Shown: positions 50,165 to 61,800 of the stretch, piece by piece | Layout: every line of letters starts with the position of its first letter | Position numbering within the stretch: the stretch's first letter is position 1 | IMG/VR virus record: IMGVR_UViG_3300013093_000001 | Span: 1-64,000 of that record | From: a virus | Length of the DNA: 64,000 nt | Direction: 5' to 3' (one strand) | Notes under the pieces: model-generated | What the model saw: the letters and a program-made list of their open reading frames with translations, nothing else | The model's database searches: none | What the model was told of the DNA's origin: nothing | Program-made: the position numbers and the translations under genes

Positions 50165-50484
50165 CCACACCGGTCATCCCACATAGCCTCTCGTCACTGG
50201 CCTTCTGGCTAGACACGACAGAACGGGCACTCCGTAGCTTCGCGCAGGGTACCCTAGCGGCTCTCGGCGTGGGCAGTACCAGCCATGTTGCGCCGGGGGT
50301 GTCAGTACCCTGGGATGCCGCGCTGGCATTCGGTGGCATCTTAGCCATCATGTCCGTCCTGACTTCTATTGCCAGCATTGCTGTACCCGGTAGCGACCCG
50401 CAAAATGGTTCTTTCTTCCCGCCTTACCCGGTACCGGAGGTTAAGATGGCAATGTGGTGGCGGCGACTTATCAGGAGGAAGTGA
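50161..50484 (+). CDS. Holin (r1t-like)
   Basis: FW.D..ERA.RSFAQ...W...L......SVLTSIAS. Confidence 0.85.
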   Translation: MTTPVIPHSLSSLAFWLDTTERALRSFAQGTLAALGVGSTSHVAPGVSVPWDAALAFGGILAIMSVLTSIASIAVPGSDPQNGSFFPPYPVPEVKMAMWWRRLIRRK

Positions 50485-50485
50485 T

Positions 50486-50869
50486 TTGCTCTGGCATCAA
50501 AAGCTGTTAGCCAGATTCACTGCTTGGTTCGGTTCTGGTGGCGGCGTCATCCAAACCTTCATAGCAACCGTCGTCGTTGTGGCCTTGGAATTTCTATTCC
50601 CACAGCTTGACAAGCATGGCATCTGGTTGCTGTACTGGCTTACAATCTATTCTGCCGTGACGCAGCCAGCCTTGGCGCACGCTGGCGCGGAGAGTAACAA
50701 ACTCCTACACAAAGTACTTCTCAACCAAGGCGAAATGCTCGCCAATCAGAGCAAGATTTTAGACCGCATAGAACACATGCTGCATGAGGACACGGTGCTG
50801 GACCGCCGAACTCACGACCTCGTCCAAGCCATACACGCTTCCGTCGACACCAGTAAGAAAAGACGTTAG
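50486..50869 (+). CDS. Membrane protein (DUF1003-like)
   Basis: TTG start after AGGAGG; two hydrophobic segments, YSAVTQP, coiled tail. Confidence 0.55.
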   Translation: MLWHQKLLARFTAWFGSGGGVIQTFIATVVVVALEFLFPQLDKHGIWLLYWLTIYSAVTQPALAHAGAESNKLLHKVLLNQGEMLANQSKILDRIEHMLHEDTVLDRRTHDLVQAIHASVDTSKKRR

Positions 50870-50925
50870 TAGCTTCCACTAGCGTACTTGCCAGTACACG
50901 GCTAAAGGCGTGAGAACATAGAGTT

Positions 50926-51549
50926 GTGTACGCCGCAGATTTGCCGACACCCGTAGTCACAGGCGATCTTGCAGTATTGATTGCCGTGCTAGGCCATAGT
51001 TGGCTGACATGGATTCTATTCGTCGTCGTCCTGTGGCTCCTGATCACACGGCTGGCAGAGACTTATGAAGGCGCTGCTAAACTCCTCGGACCATTCGGTA
51101 AGCGCGTCATGCGCGGCTACCAGCAACGCCACAGCGAAAGATACATGCACGATGTTGCGGAGCAAGCAAAGGTTATTGCGGCAAAGCTGGAGGCAGACGG
51201 CATACCGGCAGACTATGAACTGGTCAAGACCCAGTTGGACAACGTCATCACCAGGGTCACCGACTTAGAAGTAGAGAATGCAGCACTTCGATCCTTCGTC
51301 GTCTACGACGAGCAATGGCACTTCGCCGTTCTCCTTCAAGCGGCGCAGAACGGGTCGGCCCCGAATTTCCCCATCAGGCTGACTTGGTTAGAGTTCCGAG
51401 AGAAATGGCGGCAGGGTTGGCGGCCTCCAGCTGGTCCACCGACTGAGCTAAAGACCTACGTCGCAGACGTAGGGAAGGCGGCTCGCCGCGCTGCCCGTCA
51501 AGCGCAGGTTCACGAGGAAGATTTACCAGGTGAATACGCTAGCGACTAA
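50926..51549 (+). CDS. Membrane-anchored coiled-coil protein
   Basis: N-terminal transmembrane segment; typical of post-holin genes. Confidence 0.6.
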   Translation: MYAADLPTPVVTGDLAVLIAVLGHSWLTWILFVVVLWLLITRLAETYEGAAKLLGPFGKRVMRGYQQRHSERYMHDVAEQAKVIAAKLEADGIPADYELVKTQLDNVITRVTDLEVENAALRSFVVYDEQWHFAVLLQAAQNGSAPNFPIRLTWLEFREKWRQGWRPPAGPPTELKTYVADVGKAARRAARQAQVHEEDLPGEYASD

Positions 51550-51841
51550 AAATCACCGCGACGAGGTTCTGCTCAACACCTTTGCTGTCGTTTTGATAGA
51601 AGCGTCAACGGGTCGCATCATTTACGCCAATGATCAGATGTCCAATATGACCGGGCTGAAATTAGATGACCTGATGGGCTGCTACATAGCAGACATACTC
51701 GCAAAAGACAGCGTCTTTGAAAACGGACAAGTTCACATCAAACACAGGGACGGTACTACCCTCCCTGCGTGGGTCGCGCTAGACCGCAATATGAAATATG
51801 CACCTAAATACATCGCCGCCGCGCTGCTGCCCGCAATTTGA
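51530..51841 (+). CDS. Stand-alone PAS-domain protein
   Basis: AVVLI...GRIIYAN......TG...DDLMG..I.DIL...KHRDGT..P.WV. Confidence 0.75.
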   Translation: MNTLATKNHRDEVLLNTFAVVLIEASTGRIIYANDQMSNMTGLKLDDLMGCYIADILAKDSVFENGQVHIKHRDGTTLPAWVALDRNMKYAPKYIAAALLPAI

Positions 51842-51847
51842 AAATCT

Positions 51848-52858
51848 ATGTTCGAACCACCGGAAATAATTTCTGAGCAACTCTACGCTGGACCGGGTGC
51901 TGCTCCGATGTTGACGGCGGCGGCAGGCTGGCAGGGCACTGCGAACAACCTAGCTGGTACAGGTCAAGACTTCGCTCGTATTATCTCCCAAATCCCCTGG
52001 TCGGGACCAAGTTCAGAATCGATGCGCGCAACGGCAGCGTCTTACGCGACGTGGCTATTCGCGACAGCGGAACAAGCCGCGCAGACCGCTGCCTTGGCGC
52101 ACGCCGCCGCAACGGCCTATGAATTAGCACGCGCGACCGCCATACCACCGGAAGCTGTGACATGTAACAGAATGCAACTGGCAATACTGACGGCAACCAA
52201 CATCCTCGGCATGAACTCCGTTGCTATCGCAGCCACAGAATCCCAGTACGCAGAGATGTGGACACAAGATATAGCCGCTATGACAGCCTACAGCGCAACA
52301 TCTGCTGAGCTAACGAGCGCATTACCGAATTGGACTACGCCCCCCGCCGCAACGGCTCCACCATCAGCACCTGCTATTTGGACTTATTTACTCGGAGGTC
52401 AAACAATCCCACAGCTGTTTTGGACTACTTTCCAAGCCAATCTGAGCAGCGGACCATTTTCTTTACCGCTGCAACTCCTCAGCCTGTTTACAGTGCTATG
52501 GGCCACCGGCAGTCCCGACAGCCCTATCAATCAAATACTGGGGCTGGCCCAGAATCCGGTCATTGCGCCGCCAACATACCTAGCAGAGCCGTTGGCGACA
52601 GCGCCAACACCTCAAATACGCGCCAACATGGGCAGCGGCAATACTCTGGGACCGCTGCGGGTGCCTCCGACATGGGCACAACCGCCTAAGCAACTAGTTC
52701 CCCGACCCATTACCGTCAACACAGTGGGATCGGAACTAGAACCCTACCCGTTGGGACTGCCGATACTGACAGGTAGCGGCGGTACGACCACGCGGAAACC
52801 GTTACCCGAATACGGCAAGAGCTCGACCGTGATGGTCAAACACCCATATGGCGGCTAG
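51848..52858 (+). CDS. PPE family protein (SVP-like C-terminus)
   Basis: PPEIIS..LYAGPG..PM..AA.GW, WSGPSS, IPPE.V..NR, TNILG.N..AIA.TE.QY.EMW.QD..AM..Y; LGPLRVPPTW. Confidence 0.92.
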   Translation: MFEPPEIISEQLYAGPGAAPMLTAAAGWQGTANNLAGTGQDFARIISQIPWSGPSSESMRATAASYATWLFATAEQAAQTAALAHAAATAYELARATAIPPEAVTCNRMQLAILTATNILGMNSVAIAATESQYAEMWTQDIAAMTAYSATSAELTSALPNWTTPPAATAPPSAPAIWTYLLGGQTIPQLFWTTFQANLSSGPFSLPLQLLSLFTVLWATGSPDSPINQILGLAQNPVIAPPTYLAEPLATAPTPQIRANMGSGNTLGPLRVPPTWAQPPKQLVPRPITVNTVGSELEPYPLGLPILTGSGGTTTRKPLPEYGKSSTVMVKHPYGG

Positions 52859-54268
52859 GACTGTCGAATTGTTGGAGTAGAACTCAAATCACGCCGACAG
52901 TCGAGGAAGTTTCGCAAAGCTATGTGCATAACTTCTGACAGCTGCCACCCCTCGCTGGACTCACAGAAAGCCTGAACTATATTTTCTTCGCTGTTCGCCC
53001 AACCATCCTCATGGTCATTGTAAATGCCAACACACCAGCCCATCGGTTTACCAAACCATTCCAAACCTAACCGCGACCGCAGTGAGTGGCAATCTGGGTC
53101 CGTGGCAACTATCCAATGGCCGCTCTCTAAGCGGCCCTCTAAGGCATAGCAACCACCACCTGTATGCACTTCATGCAATAAAATACCCAGGTCAAGCCTT
53201 ACTTTCCACAGGATGATCGCGGCATGGGCACCTGACGATTTTCCAATCTCATGCTCATAGTCTGAGAACGGCGGGTCGGTTGGTTTCATAAAAATACCCA
53301 TTACACGTCCCGTCTGAAGCTGTAGGCATCATAGGGCTTTCGGCCACACCACACGTCCGTCAGAGCTTGTGTGACGTTAAGGCCAGTTGCTTCGTCAATG
53401 GCCTGCCACTCAACGATGCAACGCGGTTCTCCATCAAGACCCAGCAGAACAGACTCCACCGGTTCCATAAGTGTCATGCGGAGTCGGTTATACCACCACG
53501 ACTTTTGCATCGTCAGGCGCATGAACCGCAAACCGTCATCAACACTGGCAAAAACGATGTTCCCGTTCGGCGTCATGTCAGGACTACCAGGGTAGTGTGC
53601 ACCACCTTGACAGGAGAACTGCGTTGCAATGCCAGACCGCCACACGGCGTCCAGCAGATCAACCATGCCTTCGTCAACATGGCCGTTGCTCGTCAATACT
53701 TGCTTATGAATACTCACTATCCTCCTTATCTGGGTCGGCCTCTGCCGACCGCGCACCCAGGCCAGGTAATGAACCTGACCTGGGCCTTCTTTCAGTTGTG
53801 GTAGTCGACGTGCACCAGCCACGTTGACGGGTCGAGCGAAGCCAGGAATTTCAAAAACTGCTCTTCAAATTCCGGTCCGCGTTCCCAGTCACCAATCACG
53901 GTTGACCCGCTACCCTCTGGGCCAAGCCACTTCGTGTGCCACACGCAATCAAGGTCCAGGTAACTGTAGACGTAGTCTATCGACTCTGCTACAAGGTCAC
54001 CGACGCGTGCACAGTCGGTAGCGCCAGCTTCCGCGACTTCATCGGGGAAACCGAAACTGCTGGGCTCAGACGGCAGACCGCTAACACAGTCGGGTTTCAA
54101 CCGCCACTCACCACCCCACCTGCCGCCAACAACCCACCAGTCCCATTCAGGATCACCTTCTGGGTCACATGAATCGTAGCCATACCGGGACATGCGTAGT
54201 TCCAACTCGGACCGCAAGTTATCCGGCTCAACATCTCCCGGTATGGCGACAACATGGCTATAGTGCAT
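52855..54268 (-). CDS. Three hypothetical genes (52855..53301, 53301..53822, 53792..54268)
   Basis: Coupled leftward ORFs; the last has WDWWVVGGRW and a terminal VDYH motif. Confidence 0.6.
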
Positions 54269-54668
54269 TAGCCGCCACCTCATCTGTCACCGTGGACGCT
54301 GGGTATTTCGGCGCGAGTTGGTCCCGCAGGAACACCCAAATCCGGTCAGGCAGGCTGGTGGTTTCTCCCTGATCGTCGTGCGACGTCAGGGCAACAGGAC
54401 CGCAAATCACGTCCTGGTTACGCATCTCAGGGCATAAACCCCACCACAACGCTGTCGCTGGCTCATTAACCGGCAAGCCTTGCAGTTTGCCTTCTTCGTT
54501 ACACCACATGTCCAGTTCGTCTGTCACCCGAACCAGTTCAATGTAGCCACCGACAACACCCTGTAGGAATCCCAAACTGGTGGCTTCGTCACCTGACGAC
54601 ACCCGCCGAAATTCGTACAGACCACCAGAGTCCTGGTCGATAATGGCCGCTTTGTAACCTGTATTCAT
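54258..54668 (-). CDS. DUF3846-like protein
   Basis: LQ.VVGGYIE.V.....MWCNEEGK..GLPVN..AT...I.GP. Confidence 0.8.
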   Translation of the reverse strand: MNTGYKAAIIDQDSGGLYEFRRVSSGDEATSLGFLQGVVGGYIELVRVTDELDMWCNEEGKLQGLPVNEPATALWWGLCPEMRNQDVICGPVALTSHDDQGETTSLPDRIWVFLRDQLAPKYPASTVTDEVAANAL

Positions 54669-54743
54669 CTTTCCTCCTGTCGGGTCTGACCTCGTGTCAG
54701 ACCTCGTGTCGCGGCAAGGTAGTGAGCCTTGCCGGGACGAACT

Positions 54744-57700
54744 TTACGCTGGCGTGTCTGGGCCAAACATAGAGCGCAAGTAATTGAGCTCTTCTTTTTT
54801 GAGCTCACTGACATAGCGCAACTCGCCGCAGTGTTCGCAACTATGCGGGTGGTCATTGCCACCGTCGCATGAGCCACACACCCAATCGTCATACGTCAAT
54901 CTACTGCTACCTGCCTCTCTTGGTCACATTGAACTTGCCAGCCTTCAAGCGGTCTACTAATTCTCCCAATGCCGCCTCAAAACCGTCCGCGAAGGCGCTC
55001 GCTTCGTTTTGGTCCAGGTTTTTTCGTCTTTGCACAGCCACATGGGAGAGTGTTCCAGTTGGTCACGGACCCCGGCGACTGCTTCTTGACACCACTCCTC
55101 AACCGCGTGCTCGTCAAACTCCATTGTTGCCTTCCTATAAATTGGTCCTGGCCTGTGCCAATACTCGCGTCCCGGTAAGGTAATAAGCCTTACCGGGACT
55201 GTACTAATAATTAGTACGCTTCACCACACCGGCAACCACAGTTACGACGTTATCGGTTCTCCGCGTTGTTCGCCGCGTGCATTGTCCCAGGTATACATCA
55301 TGACATCGAGTGCATTAATGAACCTGACGTACATCTCCGATCCTGTCGGAAGGTAGCGCGGTATAGTTGCGCGTTGATCCCGACCGGTTACGGTTTCCGT
55401 CAAATGCACGTCCACTTGTATGCCGTCGTAGTCAATGCTGACCCTGATCGTCACGACCTAGACTCCCGCTGCATTATACGAATTTCGTCACGGATAACTG
55501 GGTGCCAAAAACTGTTAATTTCCGTTCCTGGTGTCCAATTTTGACGTGCCCACGACCGAAATTCTGCTTCTTCCTCCGGGGTCAAGTCACGGAAAATGCT
55601 CTCAAACTGACCCGACTTGCTGTTGCGGATCATTAAATTCCCCTCCGCATAGTCAAAACATGCGCTGCATGAGCTAAATTAATCCAAGCGTCAGCAAGTT
55701 GTATCTGACAATTGACTGTCAGTCTCTGACCTAGCGGACCATTCTCCACCGCAGTGAGTATTTTTTCTGCTTTCCGCAGGTACTCAACGGTTTCCATTCC
55801 TCCTCCAATCACCTTGGCCGGTTGCCAAGGACAGCGCCTGGGCGGGGCACTGAACCCCACCCAGGCTTCCTCAATCTTTGTAAATCTTGGACCCCAATGC
55901 TTCTTCGGTCGCAATGACCAAATTCTGCATTGTAGTCAACTCCTGCTCCGTGGTTTCCGCCGCCATTGGCATCATCTCAACCCGGTACTCGACAATTTCG
56001 TCAAAACCAGCTTCTAGGTGGTCGTCAACGATTTTGGCAGCAGTAGCCGCTGTCATGCCGGGGTTATTCTCTCGCAGTTGCTGGATAAGTTCGCTGCGAC
56101 TGCCTCGGTAAACTCGGCTCTGGCCTTCCGGCCTCTTGCCGTCAGTCATTTTGGCCGTCAACGTCGATATACAGCGTCCTGCTTGCACCCGGTCCTGTTT
56201 CAACGGTAATAGAAGCGTGGTCACCGTCAAAAACGATTTCAGCACTCCTGACTGCTTCCAACGACCGCTGCTTCACCGCCGCATACTTTGCGTCATGCGC
56301 CGCAAGACTCGCCGCCAAAGGACTTCTGTCTGTCAGGAATCCTGGGACTCGTTCTGACTGCAACCACTTGACCAAACCACTGACAAATTCTCGTGGTAAG
56401 GAAACCGTTGCTTCTGGCGCCTGCTCTACCATTGTGCCAAGCAGCGCATGGGGCCGGTTATTGACGACGGCAAGCATGACATCCAATGCCGGGTTAAGCT
56501 GCTCCAGCGGTAACTCCACGTCCCAGTCCAGACGGTCGAATGCCTGATCGGCTAGTTCGACAGCCCTATTTCGCACGGACTGCAACACGTCAGCAGTATT
56601 AGTATCTGCCATGTTTAACTTCTCCTCTAATCTAGTGCAGGTCGGCTCTTTGCCGACCTCGTACCGGGTGCCGGTACGACCCGACACCCGGCCTCTTTTT
56701 ACGCTACAGCCTCAACGCGGTGGGTGTAAAAACACCCATTCTTCCCGCAGTCCACTTCCTGCTGCACAAGCGACCACATTGCGTCCCACACGCCGAATAG
56801 CAAATCATAATCGGACGGACGACGACCCAAACCGAAATCGTCTTCCGGCTTCATAAACATTGCTATGATCTCGCGTAGCGCCGCTGTCACAATGTCCTTC
56901 GCTGCGTCACACCAAACGAAATTCACGTCTGCCGGGTCGAAGCCCCGGTACCACGACCTCGGTCCCGGCGCTGGCTCTAAACCAGCGTTGGACCGCTCAA
57001 TTTGAGCGGCCCTGTACGCCTTCGTGTCGTGGCAGTCGCAGTAATTCCTGTCAGACGCGACAATCTCATCACTGGCAAGTAACTGCCAAATACTGAGATG
57101 GACACCGGCAAGCAACTCGCTGTCACTGGTCCTGCTGTGCAGGTCCGTGGCATACAAGTCCACGACCTCACGCAAAGCATCCTTCAGGATATCCGTGGCA
57201 TCTTCACACCACAGATAGTCGTCTGACTTTTTGTCGTCTTGGTACTCCCAAGCCATACTTTTCTCCTCCACTATGGGAACCGGCCTTTGCCAGTCCCTCG
57301 TACCCCGGCCGGATTTGACACCGACCGGGGCTGACCTACTACCTACCCTGCGGGAACTCTTCCTGAATCAAAGCGGTGATAAACGCTTTGTGGTCAGCCA
57401 GGGCTTTATTCAGCGCAACGATCACGCCATACACCGCTTGTCGCTCTCGCCAGTCCTGCATCTGCTCCTCGTAGTATTGTCCAGCGGTGACCGTGGAAGC
57501 AGGCAAACGGAACTGTTTGTCCTCACTAAGCGAGTTTAGTATCGCGTTAGGGTCGTCCGGCTTCTGGGGTTGCGGTTCGTTGCCAACAACAGGAGAAAAA
57601 CCCCAGTATTGTGCTTCCAGATGATCGATCAGACCTGTCAGAAATTGCTGCGTTATCGGGAAGCCGTCTTCTCCTGCTGGCTGATCATCCGTCAACACAA

Positions 57701-57803
57701 CGTCGGCAGCCTGCTTCAGCGCTAGCTTCAACGTGCTGCCAGGTACTTCCAAGACGTAATGATCACACGCCTCGTCAATCCGACGCTGCAATTCTGTTGT
57801 CAT
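54744..57803 (-). CDS. Small hypothetical genes (54744..54899, ~54907..55124, 55242..55454, 55451..55633, 55633..55797, 55871..~56148, 56142..56612, 56699..57256, 57339..57803)
   Basis: Starts refined to the ATG/TTG following each RBS; no function recognised. Confidence 0.6.
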
Positions 57804-57878
57804 CTTTCCTCCAATCTGACCCGACCCTTTGCCGGGTTCGTACCCCGGTCAGGCTCGACCCTGACCGGGGCTGGGCAG

Positions 57879-58736
57879 CTAGCTGACCTTCCTGGTCGGC
57901 GCTGCTCGCTTAGCTGGCGCTTTCTTAGGCGCAGCCTTCTTAGCTGGTGTCTTACCAGCCGGATGCCGCTTGACGGACGCTTCCAGCTGCGCCATCAAGT
58001 CGGACACGTCGTCGTCGCGCTGGTCCAGATCAACGACGCTGGTCAACACGCCACCCTTAGCTTTCGTGTCAATCAACGCCGCGACCTGCGCGGTGTAGGT
58101 GTCAACGAAGTTGGCGGGACTAAAGTCCTCAATCATGCTGTCAACGACTGCGTGCGCCATTTCCAGCATTTTGGGTGACTCAATGGTCCCGTTTAAATGC
58201 TGCAAACCATTAGCGTCACGGATTTCGTCCAGCCAAATCAGGGTGTGCATGACCAACACGTTGCCAAGGACGCGGATGACAGCCATTTGCTGTCGTGTTC
58301 GCAACACAAACTTTGCGACCGCAACAACATCTGACTCCACCATGACCCGACGCAACAGCGCGTAACCTTGAGAGCTGTTGTCTGTGGGTTCCAAAAAGTA
58401 ACTGGACTCCCACATAATCGGGTCAATCTCGTCACTGTGACAAAACTGGACCACCTCAATGGCCGACAACTTATTGGCTTCCTGCAACTGCGCCAGGTCG
58501 TCATCGGTAATAACGACAATCTTGTCGTCATCAACCAGCTTGCCTTTAATGACTTCGTCAGACCGTGGGTTGACGCCACACTTCTTACACACGCGGGGCT
58601 GACCAATCGCACCCTCGCAACCTGCATGGAACAGGTTAAACGAGATGTCATGGCTGTCCGTTGCCTTGTAGAGTTTGACACCCACATTCACTAAACCGAA
58701 GTTCAGTGACGTGTTTTTCACTGATCTCATACCCAT
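57879..58736 (-). CDS. ku: Ku DNA end-binding protein
   Basis: SLNFGLVNV.VKLY.AT, I.V.QF...EIDP....SYFL.P, GYALLR, F.DTY, DV.DLMA.LEASV, basic PAKKA tail. Confidence 0.95.
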   Translation of the reverse strand: MGMRSVKNTSLNFGLVNVGVKLYKATDSHDISFNLFHAGCEGAIGQPRVCKKCGVNPRSDEVIKGKLVDDDKIVVITDDDLAQLQEANKLSAIEVVQFCHSDEIDPIMWESSYFLEPTDNSSQGYALLRRVMVESDVVAVAKFVLRTRQQMAVIRVLGNVLVMHTLIWLDEIRDANGLQHLNGTIESPKMLEMAHAVVDSMIEDFSPANFVDTYTAQVAALIDTKAKGGVLTSVVDLDQRDDDVSDLMAQLEASVKRHPAGKTPAKKAAPKKAPAKRAAPTRKVS

Positions 58737-58897
58737 GTTTTCCTCCTCCACGGCGACCCTTTGCCACCGCTTATTTATTTTAGCCAGACAACTGGCTACT
58801 CACCACCCGGTGGTGGCGAAATCTATGACCCCTCCAGGTAAAATCTCCTCAATACAGGGGAGGTGTAACGACCCGTCAGGTTCGCTACACCCCCTCC

Positions 58898-61800
58898 CTA
58901 CTCAGGGTGGTAAATGCCGTGCATTTCGTCTAGGCATTTGTCGCAGTGCTTGACGTAAGACGGCTTTCCGTCAACTAGCCAAAACTCTGTACCATAAATC
59001 TGGTTTGGCAATATCTGCCTCACGCATGTACTACAGGCATGGCTCTTCCTTGCTCGGCGGTACCGGGTCTCACCTAGCTGTAATTCATCAATCCAGTCAA
59101 CTTCTTCTGGATCATCCCTGTAGCCAGCGTAGATGCTAGCCACAATGCCACCGCAGCATTTGAGAATAGTTGACGCAACCCTCTGCGTAACCCTCGGTAT
59201 ACATTTCCGCTCTCTGCTGGTCGTATTGCCGCTCCGACTCCTTGTACTGCGCGAGCAGTTCAGGCGACAGACGTGACTCGTCAACAGTCAACAAAACTCG
59301 CTGACCATTGCACACAGAGCAAAGCGCATCATAGACACCCGACTTGTAATCCTGCCAAAAGTCGGGGTCTTGATCGTACATTTCATCCTGGGTCATACCG
59401 CCCTCCCAGCAATCATGCACACCGCGACCTTCACAACGCCAGCAGACCTCGTACTTGTCGGGCAAGTTGACGCTCGTCGGTCCGTCTTCGCTGTTTGCGT
59501 CGGTACCAAGCATCTGGTACTTCATGCTTCTCTCCTCCTAACCGGGCTGGCTTGTGCCAGCCTCGCACCCTGGCCGGGTTCGACCCCGGCCAGGGCTCGT
59601 CAGGCCAATCCCCTGACGTACAGGTAACCCTTCACCCGTTCGGCCAGCTCGTAAGCGGAATCGATGATATCCAATTCGTTGGACGAATTGTCATACCGCT
59701 CGTAAAACTGGTTCAGCGCAGCCACGACCGCCTTTGCGTCGTATTCTTGCCGCTCCTGCATAATCGGCAATGACTGCGGCGACCACCAGTGGCCGCTCAC
59801 ATACCCGGCTTGAAGTCGAAGTACACACGCGGGTTGTGCGTGAACTCCATGACACCTTCGACACGGTCCGACTTCCGTCGGACCATGACGTATGGAGCAG
59901 AGAAGCCAATGACTTCAAATTCTGCCTGTAACTGCTCGGTGTCCCACGTCTGTCCCTCTGGCTTGCGACCAGAGTCGTAGTTGTGGATTTCAATACCTGA
60001 CATTTTTCCTCCTCCACTTGGGTCGGCCTGGTGCCGACCTCGCGCCGTGGTTGAGTTCGACCCCAACCACGGCAATTCTTAGTCTCAAACCCGCAGCGTA
60101 ACAGCCTGCGGGTTCCTCAACCCAACCGCGAAGGTGTGGTCACCACCGACATCCGTATTACAATGACGGCAGTAGGTTGTAGCACCTACCACTGACAGCG
60201 CTGATCGCACCCAGGCGAAATGATCGCCAACACACGGCAGGCAAACAGCGCCTCCAGGTTGACCGCACTCCTGCATTGCAATATGCGTTGCTTCCCGTTT
60301 GCCACACAGGCCACACCGAATTACCCCGCCAGCTACCTCAGCTAACGAATAAATCTCCCTGAGAGTTTCGATATATGCTTCACCCGTTTTCTCGCTGAGA
60401 GACTCAAGTAATTCTGCTATTAATTCTTCTCCCATGTTTCCTCCTCCTTGTGGCTGGTTGTCAGCCCCGTGCGCTGGCCGGGTAATGAACCCGGCCAGGG
60501 CTGTGTCATAGCCGCGACAGGACACCGTTAATTAGTTCTGCCACCGCATCCAACGTCACGCCACCAGACAATTTTAGCTTCTCAGCAACATAATCAGCGC
60601 TGACCGGACTGTCGAAGGTGTATGCCCCGCAGGACTTGACTGCAACGAATACCTGCCTGTGGTTGACATAACTGATCGTATTGCTGCCACCGACGTCGCA
60701 AGGCGATGCAAACAAAATCCGCAGCGCAGTAGCCTGTCTATCCGTCCAAAGCAGAGCGACCGACCCGTAGTAATTCATATCGAACACCACGGCGTCGAAT
60801 GTACCGTCGCTGTTGACAACCTGATTGTATTCGTCAAGCGTGTACTGCCGCTCACCCATCACTCTGGTCCGTTCGCCCAAAAATCCAGCAACTCAAGAAT
60901 TCCGGTGAGGGCTTCGGCAATAGCTATCTGCGCGTGGTCCTGGCTAGTTGGACGCAAATCCGCACGCCCGTTTTTAGCCCAACCGATCCGCTCTCGCGCA
61001 TTTTTCAGGTGTTGATTCACTTTTCCTCCAATCTGGTCCGGCATTTGCCGGACTCGTACCCCGGCCAGGTTCGACCCTGGCCGGGGCGTGTCTAGCTCGC
61101 TATGACGCCGCTACCCTCGCAACGCAGGCAGGTCTGGTATCCCAGCGACTCGTGGTCGTAGTCAAACCATTGCGACCCTGGTTCAAGTTGCAGAAGCTTG
61201 CTGCGGTGCAATTCCTCGCTGTAGTTAAAGCCTTCGCCGCTGCAACCCGCGCAAGTGCGCTTGCCTGTCAACTGCAATTCCAGTTCGTAGACAATCGCCG
61301 CAACCTCACAGTTGCAAATATTGACGCTGTGATCGCAACCCAAATCGTCTGAGAGGTATTCAATCAACGACGCCACCAGCGCCTTGGGTACAGGTTGACT
61401 GTCACCCCGCTCTGGGTGTTTTTCCATCTCAGCGCGGTAGTCAGCGATCTCAGTTCTGCGCATCAATGTCCAAGACGGACGTTCGATGGGGTCACTGACC
61501 CGCAACGCCTCACTCAGCAGGACATTCTCAATTTCGACCCACTCAGTAGACATCTCTCCTCCTAACTGGGCTGGCCTCTTGCCAGCCTCGTACCCCGGCC
61601 AGGTTCGACCCTGACCGGGGCTATTTCAACGAACCGTGAACGACACGGTCATTCCGTCACTCCTACGGTCTATCCTGTCACGCAAACGCGACAGCGAAGC
61701 AAACAGGTGTGCGTGTGGGACTGCTGCAACACCGAACCGTTTGAAACCACCTGGATCGTCAAACTCATCTGCTAAAAACGACTCCGTGTAGTAGTCCTCT

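Noticed and set aside
54665-54892. ORF-track 75-aa minus ORF
   Set aside because: It runs through a repeat copy. The alternative frame 54744..54899 (CxxC...CxxC, 51 aa) stops just before the repeat and fits the array pattern.
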